DNA of 64,000 bases from Cyanobacteria bacterium auto_48_18 (GCA_036170915.1 JAVHQC010000011.1:1-64000); one strand, 5' to 3'; shown: positions 1-10,835, numbered from the stretch's first letter. The notes: generated by a model not told the origin, from the letters alone. A program made the numbers and translations.

Positions 1-37
1 AGAGACGATCTTAGCTAATTAATAAATCGGTCCAGAG

Positions 38-751
38 TTGCGGGTCCACCACAGTTATAGGTTAAGTCAGCGGCCGTCAGAGGGTTCTGTGGCAGTAGGT
101 GCCATCAGTCGACTTAAGGCTATTGAGCCTCTCTTGCGTTATGCAACTAGCGTCAAAACCTATTCAAGTTCAGCTCACGTTAGCGCTTTTGAAGTTACCC
201 TCAATGAGGGAAAATTCTTTCTGGTGCTAAGTCCAAATGCAGCCCGCGGCTTTTCGGGAGAAGGGCAAGCGCTTTCTGATCTAGCCGACCGAGTTGCAGA
301 CGTCACTGTTGCCAAAGTAAGAGCTAATCTTGCTTGGCAGAACAATCTTGACCCAGATAAATTAGCCTTAGAGCTTGACGCGAAAGCTGATGACATTACA
401 AATGCGCTTAAGATCTTAGGCACGAGAGGACTAGTTGGCTACGATTTATCCAACAGCTCTTACTTCCACCGCGAATTGCCTTTTGATTTGTCACTGGTGG
501 AAGATCTTAGCCCCCGCGTGAACAAAGCGCGTAGGCTTGTCCAAGACGAAGCAGTGCGCATTACTGAAACTTTTGCTCAAGGAAGTAAAGTCTTTGCCAC
601 CGTCAGCGGTGACAGAACAGATCACTTGGTTGAAATTCAGGAGGAGAGCTTTCGCTGCACGTGCGATTGGTATGCGAAATATGAGGGTAATAGGGGCCCA
701 TGCAGCCATGTTTTGGCCGTTGAGATTAAGATTCAAGAGGCTGAACAATGA
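38..751 (+). CDS. SWIM zinc-finger protein, apparently 5'-truncated
   Basis: C-terminal CTCDW-x-GPCSH SWIM motif and YFHRELPFD motif. Stop overlaps the next start (ATGA). All three forward frames are closed within nt 1-25. Confidence 0.7.
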   Translation: MRVHHSYRLSQRPSEGSVAVGAISRLKAIEPLLRYATSVKTYSSSAHVSAFEVTLNEGKFFLVLSPNAARGFSGEGQALSDLADRVADVTVAKVRANLAWQNNLDPDKLALELDAKADDITNALKILGTRGLVGYDLSNSSYFHRELPFDLSLVEDLSPRVNKARRLVQDEAVRITETFAQGSKVFATVSGDRTDHLVEIQEESFRCTCDWYAKYEGNRGPCSHVLAVEIKIQEAEQ

Positions 752-3700
752 AAGCCATTACAAGCGAGAATCTCCAACAGTTTATTGAAGACAACAGCAC
801 TGAATCCCTTATACAGACTCTGTCTGAAATGACAGAGAAAGATAGGCATGCGCTTCAAGATTCGGCGCTTAAAGCCATCGCGCACTTTTGGCAGGAAGCA
901 GCCGAACAAACCAACAAAACCTCTGAATTCGTACATGAGTGGTCTGGAATGTTTGAGTTAGAACGCAACCAAATAGAGAATCTCAAGCTGATCAGTCCCC
1001 GTACTATTGAGGTGATAGAGTCAGCCAAGGTTGCCGTCTTGTACTGTTGCGACTTTGTCGCGCTAAAGGAGGCCGGTTTTAAAGGACTGCCAGCAGCTGC
1101 TCACGCCTATCGCGTCCTTCATCACCGTCAACCTAAATGGCTTAACAAGTGGGCCGCGTGGGCATTCGGCTATGCACCACGAGCACAATGGAAAACCGTA
1201 ATCGATCTAGAAAACGCCGGACTTGTGCAGATAAAACATAAGCCTTCATACTACGAGAATCTGGCCTTGGGTTTGAGTTCTGTTGATGATATGGCGAAAT
1301 ATATTAGTGAAACAGCGATTCTGAAGAATGAATTTTTTGACTTCTTAACTTTGCCTGCCACGCTTAAAGCGATCGGCACTCCTGTCAAATTTGTCTCTGA
1401 CATGTGGCAACATGACTTTATGACCAGCAACAAATATATGTACGGTTCGTTCAGTGCCTTACTGTCAACAAATAGCTTACTTCAGCAAGGTCATACTCTC
1501 GAGAACCGATCTTTCGATCCAGAGCAACACACCAAGCTTTGGCTTGAATGTCTGGACAAACTGGCGAGTCAGGAAATTATAGACCGGGACCGATTGGTAA
1601 ATTTGTCATTCCAATTGCTAGTAAGTAGTGCCGAACAGCCAGAGAGACGTCAGCTGAGGATTACCGCTGATGAATCAGTCGCACTCTTTCTATGCTCTCT
1701 AAATAACCTTATCTGCCCAGACAAATCGAAGTTTATTTCTCACTACCTGGCGTTAGTTGGTGCAGCCAATAAATATATTTCCCGCTATGCCATTAAAGTC
1801 TTTCTCGATTTAGATCACAAGCTCATTCCAATTAATGAGCTATGCCAGAGCCTTGGTCAAACATTTCGCAATGGCGACGCAGAACCTTCTCTTTCAGCCT
1901 TACAACTCATTGAAAAAATGGTTAACCAACGCGACAAAATTGCAGACAATGAAAAAGAATTGCCCGCCCTAGCACTGGTCGAAGCGTTCACCAGCAAGAG
2001 TAAGGCGGTTCATAATCAAGCCCTGAACCTGCTCAGCAAATATCAACTGCTTGAGTCCGAATCAGCTAGGGCGAAGCTACTAAGAAACTTAGACTTATTG
2101 CAAGGAACGAACAAAAGTATAGCCGCGAAACTTGTGGCTAAAGCATCCACGCAAACCTTTGTCACGCTGCCAGAGGACAAGGCTCCACATACTGAGCTAA
2201 ATGTGAGTGCGCTTATTTTACCAACTCTTGATGAAGCACTCGACGAGCAGCTTTCACAACTAGCAGGAATTGCGGGCATTACTAGCACTCACATAGAGAA
2301 ATCAGCGAATGATTTGGCACAACTGATAAATGCTCCTGTAGATTTGTTCTCAATGGAATCACCGAGGTTGCATGTAACTCAAAGATGCACGCCTCTCACA
2401 GAACTTGAGGATCTGATATTTCTCGCTTCTGCATCACTAACAACTGAGCAGTCATTAGACAAAATGGAACTTCTGATAGATGGTATTTCCAGGCTCTGGC
2501 AAGAAAAAACTCATGACTTCGAAAGCAAAATTCGCAATGCGCAGGCTCGCTTACAAGATGTGGCTCGCTATGGCCTGGGCATAAACGGGTTTTCTTTTAT
2601 AGTTCCCATTCATATGTGGCTCAACGGCGTCGAGCGCGACAAAATCGAAATTTTGTTTAAGCCGACACTTTTCTCTGCTCGGTGCCTTGGCGTTGCAGCT
2701 AGAATGAAAGCGAAACTATCGCTGCCACTGCTTGCGGTACCAACTCATAAAGGTGGTTGGGTAGAGCCTAGTGCTCTAGTAGAACGCGTCAAAGTCTGGC
2801 AATCAGAAGGCAGGCTATTAAAGCATTCCGGAGATTATTCCGCCTGGACAAGCCCGAGTAAGTTTCACAACTGGCTCGCCGATCCACACACTAATGCATT
2901 CCACGCTGATGCCCCAGAATTCATACAAGCTCTTCTGAGATTGGCACCAGAAGGTCGAATAATTGCCCTCGCGCAAGCTCAAGATTTAAAAGGCGATTTT
3001 GGCAAGTCAATTAGATTCGCCCTTGGGGAAGGAAATGTGGATGATATTGAGAGGCCTGAACTAGCCCTTGCCGCCTTTAGATCTCGCTATCCACGCGGTG
3101 TTTGCACAACTAAGGCGAATAAAATTCCAGACATGCCTGACGGTATTGAACCAGCCAAATACACTTTCAATCCAGCTGCAGTTGAAGAGACTGCCAAGGA
3201 TCATTACAGAATAATCGCAAATCTCCTTCCGGATTTTCTCACCAGTGAATCAGCTGGGAGATCCAATTTCCCCGTTTGCAAAGAGTACGGCAGGTCGCAC
3301 CGGATAGCAGACCACGTACAAATAAATTTTGAGCAATGCCAATATCACCTGTATGCCACAGTGGCTATGCATAGCAATTTGGTCAACCATTTCAGCACAG
3401 AATATTGCACCATTTGGCTGCAAAACAGAGAGCCACTTCTTGCACGACTGAGTAAGGCGCTCTTGCTCACCATCAACAGCATAGGTGCATTCAACCCAGA
3501 TAATTACTCCTTGTTTTTTGACCCAGACTTGCCGCTGAGTGAAAATGGCTCTTGGTTTCTAGCTCTTATCTTGGTGGCAAAAAATGATGATTTGAGGCGG
3601 TTAGGGCTAGATATATTAATAGCCGCGGTAGAAGAGAATCGTGCTTCAGCCCTAAATCTAGCCCATTCTATGGCTCTACTCGTTGGCTTTACCCAAGTGA

Positions 3701-4041
3701 GGTGGTTAAAGTCGCTGCGTGAATTAGCCAAAGTGTCGGCTCTGCATGCAGTTTTTGCCTGGGAAGTTTTAACTAGCTATGTACTAGATAGACAAAAGGA
3801 GACGCCGCTAGGATTTCTCGAACTGCTGTTGGAGCTTGCAGAGGAACATGGTTTCGGGCTCTCACCAGAAGCAGTTCAAGCCTTGGAACAGTTTACCGGT
3901 GCAGGAAAAACTGCCAAATTGGCAAAGAGTCTTGCATCGGAAAAATCGCATTGGAAGAGCTACGCTACGCTCAACGAAGCGGCTCAACAAAGTCTGCGTT
4001 CACGGGCATCAAGGGTCAAGCGCTGGCATCGCTTCTCATAA
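748..4041 (+). CDS. Large helical protein, DUF6493-like partner of SWIM proteins
   Basis: 1097-aa ORF coupled to the SWIM gene. Motifs LLAVPTHKGGWVEPSALVERV and FIQALLRL resemble this family. Confidence 0.6.
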   Translation: MKAITSENLQQFIEDNSTESLIQTLSEMTEKDRHALQDSALKAIAHFWQEAAEQTNKTSEFVHEWSGMFELERNQIENLKLISPRTIEVIESAKVAVLYCCDFVALKEAGFKGLPAAAHAYRVLHHRQPKWLNKWAAWAFGYAPRAQWKTVIDLENAGLVQIKHKPSYYENLALGLSSVDDMAKYISETAILKNEFFDFLTLPATLKAIGTPVKFVSDMWQHDFMTSNKYMYGSFSALLSTNSLLQQGHTLENRSFDPEQHTKLWLECLDKLASQEIIDRDRLVNLSFQLLVSSAEQPERRQLRITADESVALFLCSLNNLICPDKSKFISHYLALVGAANKYISRYAIKVFLDLDHKLIPINELCQSLGQTFRNGDAEPSLSALQLIEKMVNQRDKIADNEKELPALALVEAFTSKSKAVHNQALNLLSKYQLLESESARAKLLRNLDLLQGTNKSIAAKLVAKASTQTFVTLPEDKAPHTELNVSALILPTLDEALDEQLSQLAGIAGITSTHIEKSANDLAQLINAPVDLFSMESPRLHVTQRCTPLTELEDLIFLASASLTTEQSLDKMELLIDGISRLWQEKTHDFESKIRNAQARLQDVARYGLGINGFSFIVPIHMWLNGVERDKIEILFKPTLFSARCLGVAARMKAKLSLPLLAVPTHKGGWVEPSALVERVKVWQSEGRLLKHSGDYSAWTSPSKFHNWLADPHTNAFHADAPEFIQALLRLAPEGRIIALAQAQDLKGDFGKSIRFALGEGNVDDIERPELALAAFRSRYPRGVCTTKANKIPDMPDGIEPAKYTFNPAAVEETAKDHYRIIANLLPDFLTSESAGRSNFPVCKEYGRSHRIADHVQINFEQCQYHLYATVAMHSNLVNHFSTEYCTIWLQNREPLLARLSKALLLTINSIGAFNPDNYSLFFDPDLPLSENGSWFLALILVAKNDDLRRLGLDILIAAVEENRASALNLAHSMALLVGFTQVRWLKSLRELAKVSALHAVFAWEVLTSYVLDRQKETPLGFLELLLELAEEHGFGLSPEAVQALEQFTGAGKTAKLAKSLASEKSHWKSYATLNEAAQQSLRSRASRVKRWHRFS

Positions 4042-4137
4042 GGCTGTTAATGCCGCTATAACCAAAAATGTTGAAAAAGGCTTTTGAAACCAGGTGATGA
4101 CAAAGTGACCTTTTGTGGCCTCAAAAGTTCTGGCACC

Positions 4138-5190
4138 CTATTGAGCAGACGAAACACGATTTAGAAGTGACTGCGCTATTTTCATTTGGCTGTTTGATTC
4201 ATCGATGAAACGGAGGCAGAGCCGTTTTGCAACTTTGTCATTACCGCGATCATGAAAACTTTTGGCCAATTCGAGAAGAGATGTTGAATCAGCGCCCTTG
4301 CCACGGTCTATTAGTCGGACAACTTCAAGGTCTGCCAGTGCTCGATCAGGTTTATTTAAACGAGCATAAATTGAAGACCGAACTCTAAGAAAGCCATCAG
4401 GGCCCGGGACAACAAACTCATAGAGCTTATTTACTTGATTGACAGCAATTGCGTCGTTTGCATCTTGCAAGGCGGCGTCCAGCTGTTTCGTATCACGGTT
4501 TACTTGACTTCGCGTGTTTAAGGCTAGGCTATCTGTCGGATCGTTGGCCAAAATCTCGTTTAGCACTGTCATGGCGCTATCAAAGTTATTCTGTTTGTAC
4601 AAAGAGAGAGCCTTTAGATTAAGATACTGATTCTTAAGTTTTGGCCAGCCATGCGCTAAGAGTTGGTCTAAATCACCAATCGCCCCTGGATAGTTCTCAG
4701 TTAAAAGATACAGTGGTGCTCTTGCTGTTCTCAGGTCGCCGTCAGCTTGTTTGTTTGATTTTCGCTTCTCAATTTCAAAAGTAAAATCATCTATTGCATC
4801 TTTTATATTCGACAGCGAGACTTTAAAGTAGCCGTGCAGTCCTCTAGCTTTGCGCGGAGAAACACTGCGGACAAAATTTGCATCATCTACTGCAAGTTCG
4901 TAGTTGTGAAGACGATTTTGGACATCGCTTCTGACGCTGCGCAGTGCAAATAATTGTGTCTGGTCAGTAGTTTCTCGTATGGACGCATTGAGTGAATCCA
5001 ACTTCGAGAGCAATTTCTTTCTCTCGCTAGCAAACTCACTTTTGATCTGATTCGTTGAGTCACTGCTCCGGTCGGCCTCAACAGCAGGTGAGCAGCCAAG
5101 AAGAAATGCGCTAAGTAGAATGACGCAGCTTTTTCTTGCATTTTCCATTATGACTTGGTGCTCCCAAAATGAGAGAATCTTACCACTCAT
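4138..5190 (-). CDS. TPR-repeat protein, probable lipoprotein
   Basis: LLSAFLLGC lipobox-like segment and TPR-like helical repeats. True start may be the second Met. Confidence 0.65.
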   Translation of the reverse strand: MSGKILSFWEHQVIMENARKSCVILLSAFLLGCSPAVEADRSSDSTNQIKSEFASERKKLLSKLDSLNASIRETTDQTQLFALRSVRSDVQNRLHNYELAVDDANFVRSVSPRKARGLHGYFKVSLSNIKDAIDDFTFEIEKRKSNKQADGDLRTARAPLYLLTENYPGAIGDLDQLLAHGWPKLKNQYLNLKALSLYKQNNFDSAMTVLNEILANDPTDSLALNTRSQVNRDTKQLDAALQDANDAIAVNQVNKLYEFVVPGPDGFLRVRSSIYARLNKPDRALADLEVVRLIDRGKGADSTSLLELAKSFHDRGNDKVAKRLCLRFIDESNSQMKIAQSLLNRVSSAQ

Positions 5191-5218
5191 AAGGCAGCAT
5201 TAGGCTTAAGGGAGGACG

Positions 5219-5641
5219 TCAGAAGTTAACATAACTATCCTGGACAATTATTTTCGGTTGTTCTGCTGAGATGACTTCGGTGATATAGCAGCTGGAAAAA
5301 ATCACAAAGTGTTCCACATTAGGGTGACAAAGCTCCAATAGGTCGTTATCTTTTCTGATGTCACTCACCCACGAGGAGGTTTGATTGACATAAGTATTTA
5401 GACCAGGCAATGTATCCGTCGCGAAATCGAATCGAGGCCCCTGCTCTTCTTCAACATTTCTAAAGGCACAGTAGCGTTCCCATTCAAACAGAAAAATTTG
5501 TCCTTTCCCATCGGCAAAAGTTTGAAAGAAGATTTGCAGACGTTTTTGCTGTCTAAGCTCGACAAAATCAAAGTTGCCTAAATTTGAAACAAGAGTAGGC
5601 CAGCTCCCTAAGCGTTCAAATTCGCTAGCTAGGAAGTCCAT
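5219..5641 (-). CDS. Hypothetical protein
   Basis: 140-aa ORF with GGAG upstream. No motif recognised. Confidence 0.5.
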   Translation of the reverse strand: MDFLASEFERLGSWPTLVSNLGNFDFVELRQQKRLQIFFQTFADGKGQIFLFEWERYCAFRNVEEEQGPRFDFATDTLPGLNTYVNQTSSWVSDIRKDNDLLELCHPNVEHFVIFSSCYITEVISAEQPKIIVQDSYVNF

Positions 5642-5791
5642 TGATCTTCTCCATTAAAGAGTGGAAATTTGCAACTTTAGCCAATTCTGCCTTCACTACC
5701 GTGACCATGTGAGTTAATTTCCCGATATTAGGGCACGAAAATTTTTTAAAGACATAGTGTGTTCCTGGAGCCATAAATGCAGCGAACTCAA

Positions 5792-6325
5792 TTATACAGT
5801 CTTGATGTCGCTCTGACGGATGATCTCGTCAACGACACGCGTTAGCGGTGCGGTGGCATCGATGATGATGCCGTGGCTCGGAATGTCTTCTTTCGTTTGA
5901 TGCAATTGCCTGATCAATTCTCGTTCCTCGTGTTTACCGCCCCACTCATCTTCCGGTCGCTCGTTGAGCCGGTTGTTCAATGTTTCAAGGTCGAGTTCAA
6001 GGACAAAAACGCCGTCAAATAGATCTATGAACTTTGAAAAGTTCCTAGATCCACCGCAGAAAAATGTTACCGCCTCATCTTGGCTGGCGATTAAAGCTCT
6101 TACTTTATCTATGTCCCAGATGTGGTGTTCATGCGTGAGGCCTTCAGTTGGTGAGCCAGTTTCTGGATCGCCTTGATAGGCCAGTTCCCTGTCGCCATGA
6201 ATGGCATGATAGCCACGCCGCTGCAATTCATTGCAGACCGAAGTTTTGCCGGTGCTGGAAACACCCTCAATCAAATAATTTCTCATGCCCATGGCTAGAT
6301 GATACCTGAAATTGCTCAGTGGCAT
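5792..6325 (-). CDS. P-loop nucleoside/nucleotide kinase-like (AAA_18-type) protein
   Basis: Walker A LIEGVSSTGKT and C-terminal IIIDATAPL. Likely start at MGMRNY. Confidence 0.75.
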   Translation of the reverse strand: MPLSNFRYHLAMGMRNYLIEGVSSTGKTSVCNELQRRGYHAIHGDRELAYQGDPETGSPTEGLTHEHHIWDIDKVRALIASQDEAVTFFCGGSRNFSKFIDLFDGVFVLELDLETLNNRLNERPEDEWGGKHEERELIRQLHQTKEDIPSHGIIIDATAPLTRVVDEIIRQSDIKTV

Positions 6326-6410
6326 AATTTCAGCATGTTTGAGCGGGTTAGCTTATGCTGCCCCGGATGAAGGGTATGTTTTACCAGCACTCCCGGATAC
6401 ACTACCCTAG

Positions 6411-8186
6411 TTGGCTTTTGAACTAAGTAACGTGAATATGATTTGTCAAACAGGCTTTAGACACCGAATTTGGATGCGCCTTGGAATAGTTGCATTCCTG
6501 CTAGTAGCGCTTAGCACGTCTAGACTAAGTCATGCCAACGACGAATTGCCATTTAACAGACTCGAATACGGAAACGATCACGGCCTGACCGACCTGAATG
6601 GCAAGGAGCTTTTGCCTCCAATATATGCCGGCATTCGCCATGTGGGGCATGGATTGTTTCTGCTTAAGCAAAGAATTCCAGATAAGAGATTTGATTGTGC
6701 TAAAGAAAAAATTCTATTAAACAGCAGGTTGGTCAAACTGAAGACTCCAGTTCCTGCTGGCACAACCTTTGAACGAATAATGTGGTTAGGCAAGCGCGCC
6801 GATAAGAGTGATGATTTGATAGGCCTTAGGTTGCCAGAGGACGCCCTCCTTGTAAATCAAGCCGACAAGTATTTCGGAGTGTGCGATAGCAAAGGCAGGC
6901 AGATTTTACCGCCTGATTGTATTTGGATTGGAAACTTGTGCGACGGTATTGCGGCACTTCGCAAGTCTGATGGTCTTCTCTATACGTTTAACTTTAAAAC
7001 ACGAAAGCTTCACAAACTGTTTTTCCAAAAGGTGCGACAGGATTGCCGTTTAGATTTCTGTGAAGGGCTTGCCGCATTTGCGACAGAGCCTTCACCGCAA
7101 AGCCCATCCATGTGGGGATTTATGGACACTAACGGTAATGCAATCATCGAGCCGAAGTTTGATTTTGCTTGGAATTTTGTGGAAGGGCTGGCTTGTGTTA
7201 GGTTTCCAGCGAGAGGCTTTAGCGATCCTGCTCACAATGAACTCATTGATAAAACGGGTAAGTTGGTCTCACTTCCGAATTTGAAAGTGGTCATGACTTT
7301 TGGACGCTACATCGAGGTTGCGGACTCATCGGGCAGCTGCGGTGTCGTTGATCGACGATTTAAATTTGTCATACCGCCAAAATATCAGTCTATTCACGCC
7401 CAGGTTACTCACCCCGATGCAGTTGATGAAATTGGTATCTGGCCTAGGTCAGCGCCCATACCAATTTTTTATTTTGCAACGCGGAAGGCGGATGGAAAGT
7501 CAGTGATTTTGTCAGCCAAAGGCGATCTGGTCTTGGAAGTTCCGTCAAACCTTATTTCACATGATTCAAGATCTCAGCCAATATTTATGGACGGTGTATT
7601 TGCTTGCAATCGTGGTCCTGGTGTGCCTCTTTCCAAGGCTACTTTTATAAACTTTAAGGGCGAGATTGTACCTGCGCCGTATAGCAATTTGTCAGACTCG
7701 GATGATGTTAGGTTTGGAAAAATTGCCTCAGGTGTTCTTCTAAAAACAGTGCAATGGAGCAAGGTGCTTCGCGATAGAGCAAGGGATAAGAACCTGCCAG
7801 AAGACTTATCTTCTAAGGAAAGAACTTTGCGACAGTATGCCTGCGACGCGCTGACAGAAGCCGTCATTGATTTTGAAAATGGCAATTTTACAGGCGCACT
7901 CCTTAAGTTGCAGAACGCAAAATTAGATGAGAGAAGAGATCCACTCTATCAGCCCGTATTTATTCGCGGATTATGTCTGCAGGCGATGGGCAATTTTGCA
8001 GAAGCTGCCGGTGACTATGCCACTGTGAATAGATCTTCCAACGATCAGCTTTTAAAAACGAAATCAAAGATAGGTTTGGAGTGTTGTTCCAAGAAGCAAT
8101 CTTCCATACCACCAGAGATGGTGACATTTCCACCACGTTGGGAAAGGGAAGGATTTGTTGAAATTCCTCTCCCTAGGCGCCGGTAA
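6411..8186 (+). CDS. Secreted WG-repeat protein with C-terminal TPR-like region
   Basis: Signal peptide. Repeats FCEGLAAF...WGFMDTNGNAIIEPKF and FVEGLACV. Confidence 0.75.
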   Translation: MAFELSNVNMICQTGFRHRIWMRLGIVAFLLVALSTSRLSHANDELPFNRLEYGNDHGLTDLNGKELLPPIYAGIRHVGHGLFLLKQRIPDKRFDCAKEKILLNSRLVKLKTPVPAGTTFERIMWLGKRADKSDDLIGLRLPEDALLVNQADKYFGVCDSKGRQILPPDCIWIGNLCDGIAALRKSDGLLYTFNFKTRKLHKLFFQKVRQDCRLDFCEGLAAFATEPSPQSPSMWGFMDTNGNAIIEPKFDFAWNFVEGLACVRFPARGFSDPAHNELIDKTGKLVSLPNLKVVMTFGRYIEVADSSGSCGVVDRRFKFVIPPKYQSIHAQVTHPDAVDEIGIWPRSAPIPIFYFATRKADGKSVILSAKGDLVLEVPSNLISHDSRSQPIFMDGVFACNRGPGVPLSKATFINFKGEIVPAPYSNLSDSDDVRFGKIASGVLLKTVQWSKVLRDRARDKNLPEDLSSKERTLRQYACDALTEAVIDFENGNFTGALLKLQNAKLDERRDPLYQPVFIRGLCLQAMGNFAEAAGDYATVNRSSNDQLLKTKSKIGLECCSKKQSSIPPEMVTFPPRWEREGFVEIPLPRRR

Positions 8187-8350
8187 GAAACCTGGCTGAA
8201 TTAGGTTTTCAAACACTTCGTGTGCCCCGAGGGGGTTGGCTATTTTTAATCGCCTGAGATTTTCGTTGTTGACCTAAATGTGGACACAAACAGAGGTCCA
8301 ACTTGCCCCAGGAACGTTGTAGACCGGACTGCTTTGCTAATAATTCGAGT

Positions 8351-9457
8351 CTATTTCGCCGTTAGGGTAATTATTTCGGCCTTGCAGGTTGGTCCAGATG
8401 CGAAATCTGCAAAAAGGCATGGTCTATAAGAACCGCCGCCGTCGATGATGTATTGACCGTTGCCTAGTCGTTCAACGCACTCTTCTATAACGAAAGCGAT
8501 ATTCGATGTTTCCGGCCCCCGGATACTAGATGGACGTTCAAATAGTCTTTCCATCCTCATAGACCCGATTTCACGGAAGCCGCCATTTATATAATCATAC
8601 CGAATAATTTTTTTCAGAGGACGTTTGTATTTTAAAGTGCGGTCGGCATCACCTCCGAAAATTAGTGGGTTGCCTTTTTCGTCAGTACAAATATTTGTAT
8701 GTGATACGCCAACTGGAAACGTTTCCTGCAACGTCAAACTAATTCAGTTCGTTATATCCAATATCTCAGCTGAATCAGTGAAGTGGCTCCGGGTTCGCGA
8801 GTGATTGCGTCCTATGTCCGACTCTCCTCCAAGACAAAAGACTTTGCCGTTCGGAAGCAGGGTTGTGCTGTGACAGACTCTGCCATAGTTCATGTCGAAC
8901 TGCTTTTCGATGCGGCTGGTTTCCGCGTTGTAGACCAACACTTTCGACAAATACATTGAATCTTCGTCCTGATTGCCACCACTAATTAGAAATCGAGCCT
9001 GTCCCAGATTTAGTATTGAACAGCCAGAAGGCCATTGGGTTTGGAGTACTTTGCTCCAATTGCGAGTCAAGCGCAGTCGATTCAGCGACTTTGCCGTTAC
9101 CTGCTTTCCGTTAACCTTGATAACATCCTGGTCTTCGAATGTGATCTTTGCAGTCGTTTTTCTAACGCTATGAGTTTTAGAATTCCAAAAATGCAGTACT
9201 TCTGAAGTCAATCTCGAACCGTTCTCTCGCAATGTTCTAAATTTCTTAAATTGAATGGGATTGAAAAAAGCAATTTGGCCGCCTTCAAGCGAAAAAAACA
9301 TTCCACCTGATGGCGCATATCCATGATAATCCAGTTCCGAATTGCCATAATGTAAGTGATTTATAGTTTGAACCTTTGACGTTATGGGTTCTTGAGCTTT
9401 CGCACCTGCACAGTTCAAAGTGATAGCCGTAAAAATTGCAAAAATGGTTTTTCTCAT
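8351..9457 (-). pseudogene. Secreted kelch-repeat protein interrupted by an in-frame TGA at 8744-8746
   Basis: ORFs 8744-9457 and 8351-8737 share a frame. The kelch pattern (FLISGG, HSTTLLPNGKVFCLGG, AEILD, LIFGG, IIDGG) continues across the stop. Confidence 0.65.
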
Positions 9458-9821
9458 GACTACAGTAAACCACCGCTACTGCAAGTGTAAATTACAGGTT
9501 CAACAGTTTGCATACTGATTGCTAGAAGGAAAAGTTCGACCAACCCAAGCACCCAGAGCTTTGCCCACGTCGATGATGCCGATTAACTAGGATATCCAAA
9601 GGCTATGGAAAAACCAGATGCGATCGGTTGGCCGGCAGCAAACTTCATCACTTTGAGTGCTCCGTGATGGCGATAGAATTCCGTGCAGGCTGGCTCAACC
9701 TCCGGCACCATTGAACGTTTGCATTTCTTGTATGTGTCAGCGCTCTATGAACTAGCGTCAAACTGGTTTCGAAATTTATTATCGATACGGGTGAGATTAA
9801 GGTGATGCTTTGATTTAAGCT

Positions 9822-10118
9822 TTAGACACTCCTGCAAGCTAGTCGCTTTACCGACTTGTGCATTTGCTCCGCACGATGTAAATCCAGTGCCATCTGCAGT
9901 TTTAGCCAAAACTGAGGCGTAGTGCCAAAAGCGTCGGCCAAAACCATTGCGGTTTGAGGAACAATACGTCTTTTACCGGTAACTATTTCTTTTACCTTTG
10001 CTTGCCTCCAACCCACATGTTTTGCGAGCGCACTCTGACTAAGCCCGAATGGAACGAGAAACTCTTCCCACAAAATTTCGCCGGGGCCAGTTGGTTCTCG
10101 TAACATGCGTCTTTTCAT
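9822..10118 (-). CDS. higA: HigA-family addiction module antitoxin (Xre HTH)
   Basis: PGEILWEEFLVPFGLSQSALA and FGTTPQFWLKLQ are typical HigA/VapI signatures. Confidence 0.85.
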   Translation of the reverse strand: MKRRMLREPTGPGEILWEEFLVPFGLSQSALAKHVGWRQAKVKEIVTGKRRIVPQTAMVLADAFGTTPQFWLKLQMALDLHRAEQMHKSVKRLACRSV

Positions 10119-10633
10119 TTCGCTTCCTCACGACGTTTCTTACTAAGTTGCTTATAGCGGCTGGTAGATTCATTGACTACGAAGCTCGGGGTTAGTGAAA
10201 CCGCTGTTGGTGTCAACCCGAGAAAGACGTTGGCTTGCACTTGGAAGTACTCTGATAAAATCTTGATCTGCGATTTGCTCATTTCGCGCTTGCCATTGTA
10301 GATTTCGCTTGCACGTCCAGACGTTTCACCAAGGATTCTGGCTAAGTCGATTTGTTTCAAGCCGTCGCAGGCCATGAGGCTGTGCAACGCTTCAAGCGGG
10401 GTTTCTTGCAAGTAGTCGTTTGGATAAGTGAGGTCCTCGTAGAGCTTGATAAAAATTCCAAGCGCCTCCAGATATAATTCCTCATCTGAATCCAATTTTT
10501 CTTTAAGGTGCAAGGCTTTCGCGATTTTGATTGCGTTTTTATACTGCGCTTCCTTCTTGATAGCAATCAGTGGAAAACTCTCAACTAACTTTTGATATTT
10601 TTTTCCAGGTCCGCTTGTCTTCACTATTTCCAC
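10115..10633 (-). CDS. HigA-type antitoxin / HTH regulator with no intact toxin
   Basis: FPLIAIK..Y, LYE, GLKQIDLA and SEIYNGKREMSKSQIKILSEYF. Paralogous to 11623-12141. Confidence 0.8.
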   Translation of the reverse strand: MEIVKTSGPGKKYQKLVESFPLIAIKKEAQYKNAIKIAKALHLKEKLDSDEELYLEALGIFIKLYEDLTYPNDYLQETPLEALHSLMACDGLKQIDLARILGETSGRASEIYNGKREMSKSQIKILSEYFQVQANVFLGLTPTAVSLTPSFVVNESTSRYKQLSKKRREEAK

Positions 10634-10689
10634 TTGCCCATTGCGTGTTGATTAGTTTCATCACGCACCTGCGAGGGGCTGTTGTTTTA

Positions 10690-10708
10690 TCCTCCCGTAA
10701 TGGGAGGA
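10690..10708. promoter_or_regulatory. Palindromic operator TCCTCCC-N5-GGGAGGA upstream of the antitoxin pair
   Basis: Perfect 7-bp inverted repeat next to a minus-strand TTGACA. Core TCCCGTAATGGGA matches the higBA operator. Confidence 0.65.
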
Positions 10709-10835
10709 ATTTGTCAAGCTATAACCTGTGAGCTTGGATGGAGTCGTAAAAGATTAAAAACTTACATGCATTTGAGGTGACGAGGTCCGCAAATTTGAGG
10801 ATACTATTGCATGGCTTGGTTCTCTGGTAATTACT

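Noticed and set aside
8744..8746. Selenocysteine or alternative genetic code at the in-frame TGA
   Set aside because: Not a Cys-type position, no SECIS recognised, and TGA terminates many genes in the window.
9460..9820. 360-bp gap that might hold an ncRNA or small gene
   Set aside because: No convincing ORF, RNA motif or structure was identified by eye.
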